A DNA stretch of 64,000 nt from Candidatus Woesearchaeota archaeon (GCA_016177615.1 JACOUX010000006.1:30131-94130), one strand, 5' to 3'; counted from the first letter of the stretch, positions 8,548 through 18,070 are shown. Numbers and translations: made by a program. The notes: generated by a model not told the origin, from the sequence alone.

Positions 8548-11075
8548 TCCAGCCTTAGCTTCGAGGTTAAGTCCTGCCATATTGAATCAGGGTCTATGCT
8601 TGTAAACTCGCTGCCCTGCACCAAAACGTAATAATCATTGCCTGATTTCCTGCACGAAATTCCTGATGAAGATCCTTTTGATTGTGAGTACTGGCTCATG
8701 AAGCTGCATATATCAAATCCTATTCCTTTGTATTCAAGCGATGCACTTTTTGTGTTTGGGCTTTTTCCCTCTATGAATGCGCTGATGGTTTGCGTCCCTT
8801 GCTTTGCCAGATAAAGCCTGTCAAATTTCTTGATGCCCTTGAGAAAGTTGGACGAATAAGAATTGTCTATTGGGGGTGTTATCAATCTCCTTATGGAATC
8901 TATTATTCCTCTTATTATGCTGTTTAATGCCTCTGCCAGCGTACCCTGTGGAGGAACCTGAATTGCACTCGAGCTGTAAATGAGGCTTTTTAGCCTTTTG
9001 TTGTACCATACTTTCCTTGAAGAATCACATGCATGATATTGGCCATCGTCAATCAATCCGCTGCTGCAGCCTGTGACTCCAAATATGTTGAGGCTTCCTC
9101 CAGCAGCGCTTTCCAAATTCCTGTTTATGGAAGTTGCTGCAATTATCCTTGCTCCTGACTTAATTATGCAGAAATTGTTTGTCTGCAGGCTTGAAAATGT
9201 GTCCGCTACCGCGCCGCCAGATTCAGCCACAATCTCAAGGGTGTTAAGGACGTTTTCCCTTGTATCGCAGAACAATATAAAGTCATTGCCTTTCATCTCA
9301 AGCATCTTTAACGCCAAAAGCTTTGTCCTTGACGACCAGTTTCCTTTATCGCAGTAATTGTCAATTGTATAGTTTCCAGAGGGAATACATTTGTCTGTGG
9401 CCTGCGCATCCGGATTGACAAGACATTCTGTATCCGAAGGGCAAAACCCTGTCTTTTCGCCATCAGGAGTGTATTTGATTCCCAATTCTATCCATTGGCC
9501 GTCAATGCACCTTAAATTTGTATCTCCAAACGGCTTTGCATTTGGGCTGTTTCTTTGGCTGTCAATGCATACTGAGCCGTTCCAGCATTGAGTTGCAGAG
9601 CAGCATTCTGAGTAAATGGGAACATTTGAAGATGGTGCAGAGCTGAAGTATGTCTTGTCCGTTCCAAATGTCTGGTTCCACCATCCCCTTGGAGAGCAGT
9701 AGTATCTTTTGTCTGGATCATTAAAGCATGCATCGTGGTCCCTAACTAAAACAGAGCCAGTATGTGAATCTGTTTTTCCCAGTATTTTTATTTTGTCTTC
9801 CTGCGGCTTTATAGTAATCTTGCACCCATGGAATGCGCCTCCAAAATTTATTACAGAGAAGTTTGTTCCATTCACGAAATCAATGCTCCTTACAAATGAG
9901 CTGTTCCAGCAGCCTCCGATTGTTCCTGGATCATTGTAAGATTCTGTTTTTTCTGTGCATCCTTCTGCATCTTCAATCATGCAGCCATTGAATTCAGCAG
10001 GGCATCCAGAAGGCGTTATTTGGGCATATTGCAGCGTGCATATCTTGTCATCTGCCTCGCTGCAGCATTTTGTTCCAGTCCATTTTAATCCTGCCTTTTC
10101 ACATGCTGATTGGCCATCAGATGTGTCCAAGTCAGTTGCAAATTTTTTGTTTGACTTGCAGTAATAAGTGTTTGAATTTTCATCGCCTGGGCCTGAAACT
10201 ACATTACCTGTAATTAAATAGTTTCCGGGCACATCCTCATTCTCAAAATTACTTGGTTTTGTCAACTGTCCTGTTGTCAGCCTTTTTCCAGCCTCATTCG
10301 AGGACTTGCAGTCATTTGCTGAATCGCCGCAGCATTCTACTATAGAGCCTTTTCCCCTTCCTATGCATAAGTATTCCCTACCAGATACTAGTTTGTTCCA
10401 GAAATTGCCATCGCAGAGCTGCCAATCCCTTCCGTCGAACAGGTACTCAGCTGCCTTGCATTGGACATATTTTATCTCTCCTATTTTTCCTTCAGATATT
10501 TTAGGCGGCTGGCAGATTGGAACGCACTCAACATTATCTCCTGTTGCCTTGCACTCGTAGTCTTCATCGCATTTTACTTTTGTAATTTCATAATTGCTCC
10601 TGATGACCCCCCATAGATTATAATCATCTAATGATTTGCAATCGTTTTTGGCATAGACCGTGATGTCTATTGGTGATCCCCTAGAAAATGGAATTACTGT
10701 ATTCGGACTATCTGACTTGCCGCAGTTTTTGCCAGTATGATCTGGTCCACAATTACAGGCGCAATAATCCCAATTCCATATATTTTGAGTCAGTGTGCTG
10801 ATTCTGCCTTCATCGTCCACATTAACACTCCTGAGCTTGACTGAAACAGTGCATTCATCTGTCTGTATCTGGTCTGTTTTTGTGCAGGTCTGGCCGCAGC
10901 CGCCTCCACTGAATCTTATTTCGCAGTCTATTTGCTTGCTTGAGTCAGTTTCCAATACTCCGTGCTCTATGCTTTGCGCATAAACACCGAATGAAAAGAA
11001 TACTACAAGAGCTAAAAATGACAATAACAGACAAAATCTCCCGTGATTAATATTTCCTCTTTTTTTTCTTCTCAT
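8544..11075 (-). CDS. Secreted cysteine-rich protein (843 aa), unknown function
   Basis: ORF track. N-terminus MRRKKRGNINHGRFCLLLSFLALVVFFSFGVYAQS is a signal peptide with AQS cleavage site. >60 Cys spread through the extracellular region. Confidence 0.7.
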   Translation of the reverse strand: MRRKKRGNINHGRFCLLLSFLALVVFFSFGVYAQSIEHGVLETDSSKQIDCEIRFSGGGCGQTCTKTDQIQTDECTVSVKLRSVNVDDEGRISTLTQNIWNWDYCACNCGPDHTGKNCGKSDSPNTVIPFSRGSPIDITVYAKNDCKSLDDYNLWGVIRSNYEITKVKCDEDYECKATGDNVECVPICQPPKISEGKIGEIKYVQCKAAEYLFDGRDWQLCDGNFWNKLVSGREYLCIGRGKGSIVECCGDSANDCKSSNEAGKRLTTGQLTKPSNFENEDVPGNYLITGNVVSGPGDENSNTYYCKSNKKFATDLDTSDGQSACEKAGLKWTGTKCCSEADDKICTLQYAQITPSGCPAEFNGCMIEDAEGCTEKTESYNDPGTIGGCWNSSFVRSIDFVNGTNFSVINFGGAFHGCKITIKPQEDKIKILGKTDSHTGSVLVRDHDACFNDPDKRYYCSPRGWWNQTFGTDKTYFSSAPSSNVPIYSECCSATQCWNGSVCIDSQRNSPNAKPFGDTNLRCIDGQWIELGIKYTPDGEKTGFCPSDTECLVNPDAQATDKCIPSGNYTIDNYCDKGNWSSRTKLLALKMLEMKGNDFILFCDTRENVLNTLEIVAESGGAVADTFSSLQTNNFCIIKSGARIIAATSINRNLESAAGGSLNIFGVTGCSSGLIDDGQYHACDSSRKVWYNKRLKSLIYSSSAIQVPPQGTLAEALNSIIRGIIDSIRRLITPPIDNSYSSNFLKGIKKFDRLYLAKQGTQTISAFIEGKSPNTKSASLEYKGIGFDICSFMSQYSQSKGSSSGISCRKSGNDYYVLVQGSEFTSIDPDSIWQDLTSKLRLE

Positions 11076-11212
11076 TTTTTTGCCTTGTCTCTCTCAAGCT
11101 TTTCCTTTAACGCTTCGTTTATGTACTCGATTAAGGTCTTGTTCTGGAGAACGCAGTTTAGCTTTGCCTTCTTGTGGGCATCTGAATCTACTTCTATGTT
11201 TATCCTAACCAT
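11072..11212 (-). CDS. Small ribbon-helix-helix (CopG/antitoxin-like) DNA-binding protein, 46 aa; candidate regulator of the surface-protein operon
   Basis: Hand-translated minus strand: MVRINIEVDSDAHKKAKLNCVLQNKTLIEYINEALKEKLERDKAKK; beta-strand then two helices is typical of RHH proteins. Its TGA stop overlaps the ATG of the 843-aa gene (ATGA), indicating translational coupling. Absent from the ORF track because it is shorter than 60 aa. Confidence 0.45.
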   Translation of the reverse strand: MVRINIEVDSDAHKKAKLNCVLQNKTLIEYINEALKEKLERDKAKK

Positions 11213-11345
11213 GCTCTGAATAACTTAAATTACTTATTTAGCTTATTTTAGTTAGCAAACTTAATGTATTTAATATACTAAAAGATATATTATCATTTAT
11301 TTAAGTTAGTAGTATTTATAGTTTGTTATTTTTGCTGTCTGCGGC

Positions 11346-11933
11346 TTATAGCCTGAAATTCCTGGATTCTATTATTTTTCTCTTGTCCATGCCGAGTGTT
11401 GAGAACAAGCTGGATAAGTCATGGCCTGGCCTTAAGTCATAGGGGTTGCTTGAAAAACACCCAATCAAAGTCTTTACCTTGTATTTTTGGCACAGCCTGA
11501 TGTTTTGGATCATCCTTCCAATAAGCACAGTAGATTGCCTGTCCTTGCCGAACAAAGAGCTGTAGGAAAATCCTATAATAACATTATTTCTCCTTGCAAG
11601 CTCGCAGACAATGTGATTAAGGCCTGATGCTTTTTGGCTGAGGTAGTCTTTTTTTTGGCTTTCTTCAAATCCATAAACCATTTTCACTTTGCCTGTTTCA
11701 ATAAAAAAGCGCGCCATTCCATCGTCTTTTGCCACCAATGGCAGCTGCCGGCTGCTCGCTAGATTCATGCTTTTCCTGTTGATCAGGATGCACCTCTCTA
11801 TGAGGACATTGCTACCTTTACTTGCTTTGAGCCTTTCAGGATTGTAAAGAAAGCACAGCTTTTTGATGCCAAGCCTTTGTGCCATCTGCATGAATTCTTC
11901 TTCGTTATTGTCAGGCATAACAATGTCGGCCAT
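11346..11933 (-). CDS. rnp3: RNase P protein component 3 (Rpp30/Rnp3 family, TIM-barrel)
   Basis: C-terminal half GLNHIVCELARRNNVIIGFS...KYKVKTLIGCFSSNPYDLRPGHDLSSLFSTLGM aligns closely with Pyrococcus Rpp30 ([20 protein letters not shown]...KYKVRRFLTSSA...DVRYPRDLISLGVVIGM). Confidence 0.7.
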   Translation of the reverse strand: MADIVMPDNNEEEFMQMAQRLGIKKLCFLYNPERLKASKGSNVLIERCILINRKSMNLASSRQLPLVAKDDGMARFFIETGKVKMVYGFEESQKKDYLSQKASGLNHIVCELARRNNVIIGFSYSSLFGKDRQSTVLIGRMIQNIRLCQKYKVKTLIGCFSSNPYDLRPGHDLSSLFSTLGMDKRKIIESRNFRL

Positions 11934-12094
11934 TTTATTAAGATTTTTTATTTGAGATTAATAAACTTTGTTTAAGCTTAAAAATAAAAGTATTTATAAA
12001 GAAAGTGGGTTTATAAATAAATATAAATAAAATATGCCAAATAAGCATAAAAAAGACCTTATTTTTTATTTGGGGGTGTTTTAAGGCTTTTTCA

Positions 12095-12121
12095 GCTCAA
12101 ATATATTATTTTAATTGGAGG
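12095..12121 (+). promoter_or_regulatory. Archaeal TATA-like box (aaatatatta, 12099-12108) followed by GGAGG (12117-12121) upstream of the TBP gene
   Basis: AT-rich element ~25-30 bp upstream of ATG 12130; SD-like GGAGG 9 nt upstream of ATG. Confidence 0.35.
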
Positions 12122-12129
12122 AATCTAAA

Positions 12130-12684
12130 ATGGTCAAGAAAGAAACTAAAAGAGATATAAAAGTAGTTAATATTGTTGTTTCTACATCTTTAAAGCACGA
12201 TATACCGCTTGAAAAGATGGCGGCAACCTTAAGCAATACAGAATATAATCCAGAACAGTTTCCTGGCCTTGTAATAAGAATTAAAGAGCCAAAAACGTCT
12301 GCATTGATATTCAGCTCAGGCAAGGTTGTATGTACTGGAGCAAGGTCGATGGACAAGGTTGAAGAGAGCATCAAGAAGATAATCAAGAGTCTTGAGAAGA
12401 TAAATGTCAAGATTACAGTTAAGCCAGAAATAAAAATACAGAATATTGTGGCTTCTGGAAGCGTCGGCATGGACCTGAACCTGAACACATTAGCCATGAA
12501 ACTGGAAAATACTGAATACGAACCTGAGCAGTTTCCTGGCCTTGTTTACAAGCTGACTGCCGCAAAAGCAACATTTTTGCTGTTCAGCAATGGAAAAATT
12601 GTGTGCACAGGCACGAAGAGCGAAAAGGAAGTGCATGCCGCGCTTGACAAGCTGGTAGAAAACCTGAAGAAGGCCAAGGCGTAA
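12130..12684 (+). CDS. tbp: TATA-box binding protein (TBP)
   Basis: Two direct repeats of the TBP fold (VVNIVVSTSL...EQFPGLVIRIKEPKTSALIFSSGKVVCTGARS / IQNIVASGSV...EQFPGLVYKLTAAKATFLLFSNGKIVCTGTKS). The track ORF starts at a TTG (12115); the ATG at 12130 is preferred. Confidence 0.9.
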   Translation: MVKKETKRDIKVVNIVVSTSLKHDIPLEKMAATLSNTEYNPEQFPGLVIRIKEPKTSALIFSSGKVVCTGARSMDKVEESIKKIIKSLEKINVKITVKPEIKIQNIVASGSVGMDLNLNTLAMKLENTEYEPEQFPGLVYKLTAAKATFLLFSNGKIVCTGTKSEKEVHAALDKLVENLKKAKA

Positions 12685-12769
12685 TTTAAATTTTTATCTA
12701 AAATCTGATTATCAGCCACTGGACATCCTTGCCTAAAATATTTAAACTTGGAGATGGAAGAGTGCTTGT

Positions 12770-15700
12770 ATGGAAATCAACGTTTTGGAGCAGATAAAGA
12801 GGTTTCAGGATTTTATAGACGGCAACTACTATAAGTCATTGCTGGAGAATGCAAGAAAAGGGGATAGGTTTCTTATTATAGATTTTATAGAGCTTTCAAA
12901 GTACGATCCTGACCTTGCTACTCAGCTTCTTGATGCTCCTGAAGAAACTATAAAGGCAGTGGAAAAGGCGATCGAGCAGTTTGATATTGAGGGAATTTCC
13001 AGATTCAGGATAAGGTTCCATAACCTGCCACAGGGCCAGCACACAAAGATCAGGGATATAAGAAGCAAGCATATATCGCGGCTTGTATATGTCGAAGGGC
13101 TGATAAGGCAAAAATCTGATGTAAGGCCTCAGGTTACCTCGGCAAAATTTGAATGCCCTGCCTGCGGAAATATCATAAATGTCCTCCAGCTTGAAGGAAC
13201 TTTCAAAGAGCCGGCCAGGTGCGGATGCGGGAGAAAGGGAAAGTTTGTGGAGATTGGGAAAGAGCTTGTTGATGCGCAGGGCATTGTGATGGAAGAGGTG
13301 TCTGAAAATCTTGAAGGCGGAGAGCAGCCAAAGCGCATAAGCGTACTGCTGACAGACGATCTTGTAAGCCCGATCAGCGAAAAAAGAACAGCTCCGGGAA
13401 GCAAGGTTGGGATTATTGGAATTGTAAAGGAAGTCCCAATAATCTCCAGAACAGGTGCCAAGTCTACAAAATTTGATTTGATGATCGAGGCAAACTACGT
13501 CAAGCCTACCCAGGACACGTTTTATGAGGTCATGGTAAGCGATGAAGAGGAAAAGCAAATTCTGGAAATAGCTAACGACCCCAGGGGGTACGAAAAGCTG
13601 ATCAATTCCATTGCCCCCTCTATTTATGGCTACGAGAAGATAAAAGAAGCCCTGCTATTGCAGCTTATGGGAGGCGTAAGGAAAGTCAGGGCCGATAATG
13701 TGATCAGCAGAGGGGACTGCCACATTTTGCTAGTCGGTGATCCTGGAAGCGGAAAAAGCGCATTGCTCAAAAGAATAACCACTTTTGCCCCAAAAGGGAG
13801 ATATGTATCGGGCAAAGGGATTTCAGGGGCCGGAATAACTGCCGCTGTTGTTCGCGACGAATTTCTCAAGGGATGGGCTCTTGAAGCCGGAGCAATGGTT
13901 CTCAGCAGCGACGGGGTTGTTTGTGTTGACGAGCTTGACAAGATGAGCAATGAAGACAGGGCAGCGATGCATGAGAGCCTGGAAAACCAAAGCTATCACT
14001 ATAATACAGAGATAATGCTGTCTGATGGAAGCACCTTTAAGATTGGCAAATTTGTGGAAGAACTAATTGATAATAATAGGGACGAAGTTATTTTTGGAAA
14101 AAATTGTGAAATATTGCCTGTAAATAACGTAGAGCTTCTAACAACAGATTTTGAGAAAATTTTCCCTACAAAAGCAACAATGGTTAGTAAGCATAAAGCG
14201 CCAGATTACTTTGTCAAAATAACATATTCTAATGGAAGATCCATTATGGTAACTCCAGAACATCCCGTATATGTTTTCTACAATGGCAAGATAAGTGAAA
14301 CTCCAGCAGAGCAAGTAAAACAGGGTTTATTGGCTCCTGCACCAAGAAAATTGCCTACTAAAAGTAAAAATGTGGAATTTATTCCTAGTGGGCTTAATCA
14401 TTTCAACAATAAGGAAATTGAGTTTCCCTCAAGCCTTAACAACGGTCTTGCTAGGCTTCTTGGTTATATAACAACCGAGGGTTATGCTTATTTCAGCACA
14501 CAAAACAGATATGCCGAGGTTGGTATCTCCAACACGAATCCTTTTATAATTGATGAGATGTCGCTTTTATTTAAAGAAACTTTTAAAACTACAGTAAATA
14601 TCAATGTTCAATTTGCTAATAGTAGATCAAAGGCAAAAAAAGACATTGCAACAGTAAGAATTTGCTCTAAGCCATTTTATAATTATATATTCTCAAATTT
14701 TCGGGGAAGTGCAAATGGTGCTAAAAACAAGTACATCAATAATAGTCTGAGATGTGCTGATAAAGAGTTTCAATTGGAGTTTCTGAGAACCGCTTTTAAA
14801 GGTGATGGTTTTGTTGATAGCAGAAGATTTGGTTATTCTACTTCGTCTCTTGAATTGGCAAAGGGCTATCAGGATTTATTGCTTCAGAACAATATCGGCA
14901 GTCGAATAGACACAGAAAAAAGAAATTCTACAGAATATTATAAGGTAGCAATTACTGGTACAGAAGGTGCTGGCTTGTTTCTCAATAACATAGCCGAGGA
15001 AGATGATCATAGAATAAAGAGATTAAGCGAATTTTATAATGCAAGCAAAAACAAGAAAAATGAAAGAGATATTCTGCCAAGGGAAATATTGATTGAAGTT
15101 AATTTGCTTCTAAAAAGCTTTAATTTGAGTGATGGATATTTTATTAATAACATAAATAGGGGATTTAACGCGCATAAAGATGTAGTTTTAGGTTATATAA
15201 GAAAAATTGAAGATAAGCTAAAAGAATGTGATAAAGCTGTCCAACTCAACAATCCTAAAAAACTTAGGAGGTTACTGAATATTGAAGTAAATTTCCTCGC
15301 CAGAAATGTCAATGTTTCTGCTGGGACAATATACAATATAGAGAAGAAAAATAATTCTGCCAGGTATCATGAGTTAGTCAGAACCATAAAAAAACTTGGC
15401 AACGAGAAGATACAATTTACCAAATCTAAGGTAAATTATATTTTGAAACTTATTAATTCTGAAATTAGATTTCTTTACGTCAAAAAGGTAGAGAAAATAA
15501 AAAATGATGGGATGGAATGGGTTTATGATGTTACCGTTGAGCCTACAAGGACTTTTATAAGCGAAGGGTTGGTTTTACATAATACAATCAGCATTTCAAA
15601 GGCAAACATACAGGCGACATTAATTGCAAGGACTACTGTTCTCGCTGCTGCAAACCCGAAATTCGGAAGGTTTGATCCTTATGCTATAATAGCCGACCAG

Positions 15701-16384
15701 ATTGATCTTCCTCCTACCTTAATCAACAGGTTCGACCTCATCTTTCCCATAAAGGACTTGCCTGAAGAGACAAGAGATGAGAAAATGGCAAAGCATATCC
15801 TTACCCTTCACCAAAGCCCTGAGGTAAATGAGCCTGAGGTATCAACAGAGCTCTTAAGAAAATATGTTGCTTATGCGAGGCAGAAAGTGTCCCCAAAGCT
15901 TACTGATGGCGCTCTTGAAGAGATAAAAGATTTCTATTTAAAGATGCGAAAAGGAGGAGGCGAAGGGGGTATAAGGTCTGTTCCTATATCTGCAAGGCAG
16001 CTGGAAGCACTAGTCAGGCTGAGCGAAGCTTCTGCAAAAGCAAGGCTGGACGACAGGGTTACCAGAAAGGATGCAAAAAAAGCCATAGAGCTTCTTGATT
16101 ACTGCCTTATGCAGGTCGGATTTGACAAAGAGACTGGAAAGGTGGATATTGACAGGATAGCCACTGGTGTTGGAGCGTCGCAAAGAAGCCACATAATGGT
16201 TTTAAGGGATATAATAATCGAGCTTGAGTCCAAGCTTGGAAAATCTGTTCCAATGGAAGATGTCATGGCAGAAGCAAAGAGCCGCGGCTTGGATGAGGAT
16301 AAGGTTGAAGAAGCCCTTGAGAGGCTGAAGCGCTCGGGAGATGTTTATGAGCCTAAGAGAGGCCATGTAAGCAAATTGCCTTAA
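12770..16384 (+). CDS. mcm: MCM replicative helicase containing one intein
   Basis: C4 zinc finger CPACGN...CGCG, Walker A GDPGSGKS, Walker B VCVDELDKM, arginine finger SARQLEALVRLSEA, C-terminal wH. Host sequence ...HESLENQ | TISISKANIQATL is interrupted by a 531-aa insertion. Confidence 0.9.
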   Translation: MEINVLEQIKRFQDFIDGNYYKSLLENARKGDRFLIIDFIELSKYDPDLATQLLDAPEETIKAVEKAIEQFDIEGISRFRIRFHNLPQGQHTKIRDIRSKHISRLVYVEGLIRQKSDVRPQVTSAKFECPACGNIINVLQLEGTFKEPARCGCGRKGKFVEIGKELVDAQGIVMEEVSENLEGGEQPKRISVLLTDDLVSPISEKRTAPGSKVGIIGIVKEVPIISRTGAKSTKFDLMIEANYVKPTQDTFYEVMVSDEEEKQILEIANDPRGYEKLINSIAPSIYGYEKIKEALLLQLMGGVRKVRADNVISRGDCHILLVGDPGSGKSALLKRITTFAPKGRYVSGKGISGAGITAAVVRDEFLKGWALEAGAMVLSSDGVVCVDELDKMSNEDRAAMHESLENQSYHYNTEIMLSDGSTFKIGKFVEELIDNNRDEVIFGKNCEILPVNNVELLTTDFEKIFPTKATMVSKHKAPDYFVKITYSNGRSIMVTPEHPVYVFYNGKISETPAEQVKQGLLAPAPRKLPTKSKNVEFIPSGLNHFNNKEIEFPSSLNNGLARLLGYITTEGYAYFSTQNRYAEVGISNTNPFIIDEMSLLFKETFKTTVNINVQFANSRSKAKKDIATVRICSKPFYNYIFSNFRGSANGAKNKYINNSLRCADKEFQLEFLRTAFKGDGFVDSRRFGYSTSSLELAKGYQDLLLQNNIGSRIDTEKRNSTEYYKVAITGTEGAGLFLNNIAEEDDHRIKRLSEFYNASKNKKNERDILPREILIEVNLLLKSFNLSDGYFINNINRGFNAHKDVVLGYIRKIEDKLKECDKAVQLNNPKKLRRLLNIEVNFLARNVNVSAGTIYNIEKKNNSARYHELVRTIKKLGNEKIQFTKSKVNYILKLINSEIRFLYVKKVEKIKNDGMEWVYDVTVEPTRTFISEGLVLHNTISISKANIQATLIARTTVLAAANPKFGRFDPYAIIADQIDLPPTLINRFDLIFPIKDLPEETRDEKMAKHILTLHQSPEVNEPEVSTELLRKYVAYARQKVSPKLTDGALEEIKDFYLKMRKGGGEGGIRSVPISARQLEALVRLSEASAKARLDDRVTRKDAKKAIELLDYCLMQVGFDKETGKVDIDRIATGVGASQRSHIMVLRDIIIELESKLGKSVPMEDVMAEAKSRGLDEDKVEEALERLKRSGDVYEPKRGHVSKLP
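13991..15583 (+). mobile_element. Intein (531 aa) with LAGLIDADG homing-endonuclease domain inside the MCM ATPase domain
   Basis: Insertion between Walker B and sensor 1. It begins with Ser (SYHYNTEIM...) and ends ...GLVLHN followed by +1 Thr. Two LAGLIDADG-like motifs (LARLLGYITTEGYAY and LEFLRTAFKGDGFVD). Confidence 0.8.
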
Positions 16385-16398
16385 TAAGTTTCTGGAAA

Positions 16399-17028
16399 AT
16401 GGAAGGATCTCAAGAAAAGTCATTTCAAAAAAGGGATGTTGCATACAAAACCAGTGTTTTTGATGTTCTGAACAGGGAGCTGGTAATGGACGGAATGTTC
16501 AGCCATATAATTTTTGGCAATATCAAAGTTTCGAGAGCCAATATAATTGCAACTCTTGTCAACAAGCAGGAGCTGCCAAATTGCACAGCCGGAATAATAG
16601 ATGACGGCACTGGAAGGGTTTTATTGAAAAGCTTTGAAAAAATAGGAATGTTTGCGAATATTGACATCGGCGACCCTCTGGTCGTGATAGGAAGAATCAG
16701 GGAATTTGGTGGAGAAAGGTATATAATGCCCGAGATTGTAAAAAAGCTTCAAAGCAGCGAATGGATATCCATCAGGAAGGCAGAATTGGAGAGGTCAGGC
16801 GTTGCCAGCAAGCCTAAAGCCAGTGTTGCTGGTGCTGAAAATCCGGATGCTGGTGCTGGAGAAGGGATTCTATCTCTCATAAGGGAGCTGGACGATGGGA
16901 ATGGCGCATTTATAGACAAAGTTATCAAAATGAGCAATAACACAAACGCAGATGCTGTATTGAATACTTTGCTGGAGAATGGGGATATTTTCGAAGTCAA
17001 CCCAGGCAAAGTCAAGGTATTAGAATAA
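16399..17028 (+). CDS. OB-fold plus C-terminal winged-helix protein (RPA32-like / ssDNA-binding candidate)
   Basis: Central OB-fold-like segment (NIIATLVNKQEL...GIIDDGTGRVLLKSF...GDPLVVIGRIREFGGERYIMPEIV), Gly/Ala/Ser linker, C-terminal wH-like domain; immediately downstream of mcm. Confidence 0.4.
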   Translation: MEGSQEKSFQKRDVAYKTSVFDVLNRELVMDGMFSHIIFGNIKVSRANIIATLVNKQELPNCTAGIIDDGTGRVLLKSFEKIGMFANIDIGDPLVVIGRIREFGGERYIMPEIVKKLQSSEWISIRKAELERSGVASKPKASVAGAENPDAGAGEGILSLIRELDDGNGAFIDKVIKMSNNTNADAVLNTLLENGDIFEVNPGKVKVLE

Positions 17029-17928
17029 GACAGGAGTAACGTAAACTTCAAGAAATGCTGCCGCCACAAGGAACCCAACTGCTATGAGCACCAGCTCCGA
17101 AAAATCCAATATTATTTTTTGAAATTTAATGGTATTGAAGTGCTTTCTAATCAGCGCGACTGAAAGTATGCCCCCTGCCAGGCCGCCGTAGAAATATGCT
17201 GCTATTTCCGGAATTCCGTGTATCGAATATTTCAGAAGCCCTAAGGAAAAAACATGAAAATAATTCCCTGCTTCCAGCAGGCCAAGCGAGCTCGTGTATG
17301 TGCTTACGTTTGCCCTGATGAAGTTCCCTATGGCTGCTCCTATGACAGTTGCATTCCACGCAAGTATGAACAGCGCCCCTGCGCCGTAAATCAGCGCGAA
17401 AAGTATAGAGAAAGACAATACCTTGAAGTTATTGAAGAATATTTTCCAGAAAACGCCAAGGTTGACTATCACGTTTCCGGAAACCTGGTTGTTTATGGCC
17501 TGTATTGTCCCGATTTGCTTGTCGAAAAGGCTGTTGACTTGGTCTGTCGGAAGAAAAACGTACCATAATGCGCATGCCACGGTTATGCCGACAAACATGT
17601 ACATAAAAAAGGATATTGCCTTGTTGTGCTCCTTCAAAATCATAGATTCTGAGTCAATAATCATGTCTTTGCTCTCTTCCAGCTTCATTGTATTGTAAAA
17701 TATTGGCAAAGCCGCCATTGTTATCATGAATACCATTACCATGCTTGCCTGGTCTATAAAAATCCAAAGTGATAGTGCTATACCGATTGAGGCATATAGG
17801 AACCCGAGAAAGAACATCTGCCATGGCTTTTTCTCTGCATTAAGCGGGAACAGCAAGGACTCGACTACCATGGATTTTTTATTGGGCAGTCTGTTTATAT
17901 ATTTTTTGATATGTCGAAAATATACCAT
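17020..17928 (-). CDS. Polytopic membrane protein, SpoIIM/DUF95-like family
   Basis: ORF 17020..18006; ~6 predicted TM helices. Start likely at an internal Met (17928 or 17871) because the 5' end would overlap the aIF2-beta promoter region. Confidence 0.55.
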   Translation of the reverse strand: MVYFRHIKKYINRLPNKKSMVVESLLFPLNAEKKPWQMFFLGFLYASIGIALSLWIFIDQASMVMVFMITMAALPIFYNTMKLEESKDMIIDSESMILKEHNKAISFFMYMFVGITVACALWYVFLPTDQVNSLFDKQIGTIQAINNQVSGNVIVNLGVFWKIFFNNFKVLSFSILFALIYGAGALFILAWNATVIGAAIGNFIRANVSTYTSSLGLLEAGNYFHVFSLGLLKYSIHGIPEIAAYFYGGLAGGILSVALIRKHFNTIKFQKIILDFSELVLIAVGFLVAAAFLEVYVTPVLF

Positions 17929-18070
17929 CACTCTATATAATGGACATAAGTCCAATGTGCCTGCGCAGGATGATATATTTTCGAGCATGCTCAAAAACCA
18001 CCACAAATATAATAAATCTTGGTGGTTTTTGACAATTAAATTTATAAACCTTGACAGGTTATTCCCGGCA

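Noticed and set aside
12115-12129. TTG start for TBP used by the ORF track
   Set aside because: An ATG at 12130 with GGAGG 9 nt upstream gives the canonical TBP N-terminus (MVKKETKRD…).
12896-13950. Minus-strand ORFs (220, 110, 106 aa) inside mcm
   Set aside because: Antisense to a strongly supported MCM coding region.
17726-18070. 5' extension of the aIF2-beta ORF
   Set aside because: No similarity; overlaps the convincing minus-strand DUF95 membrane protein gene; aIF2-beta homology begins at Met 18071.
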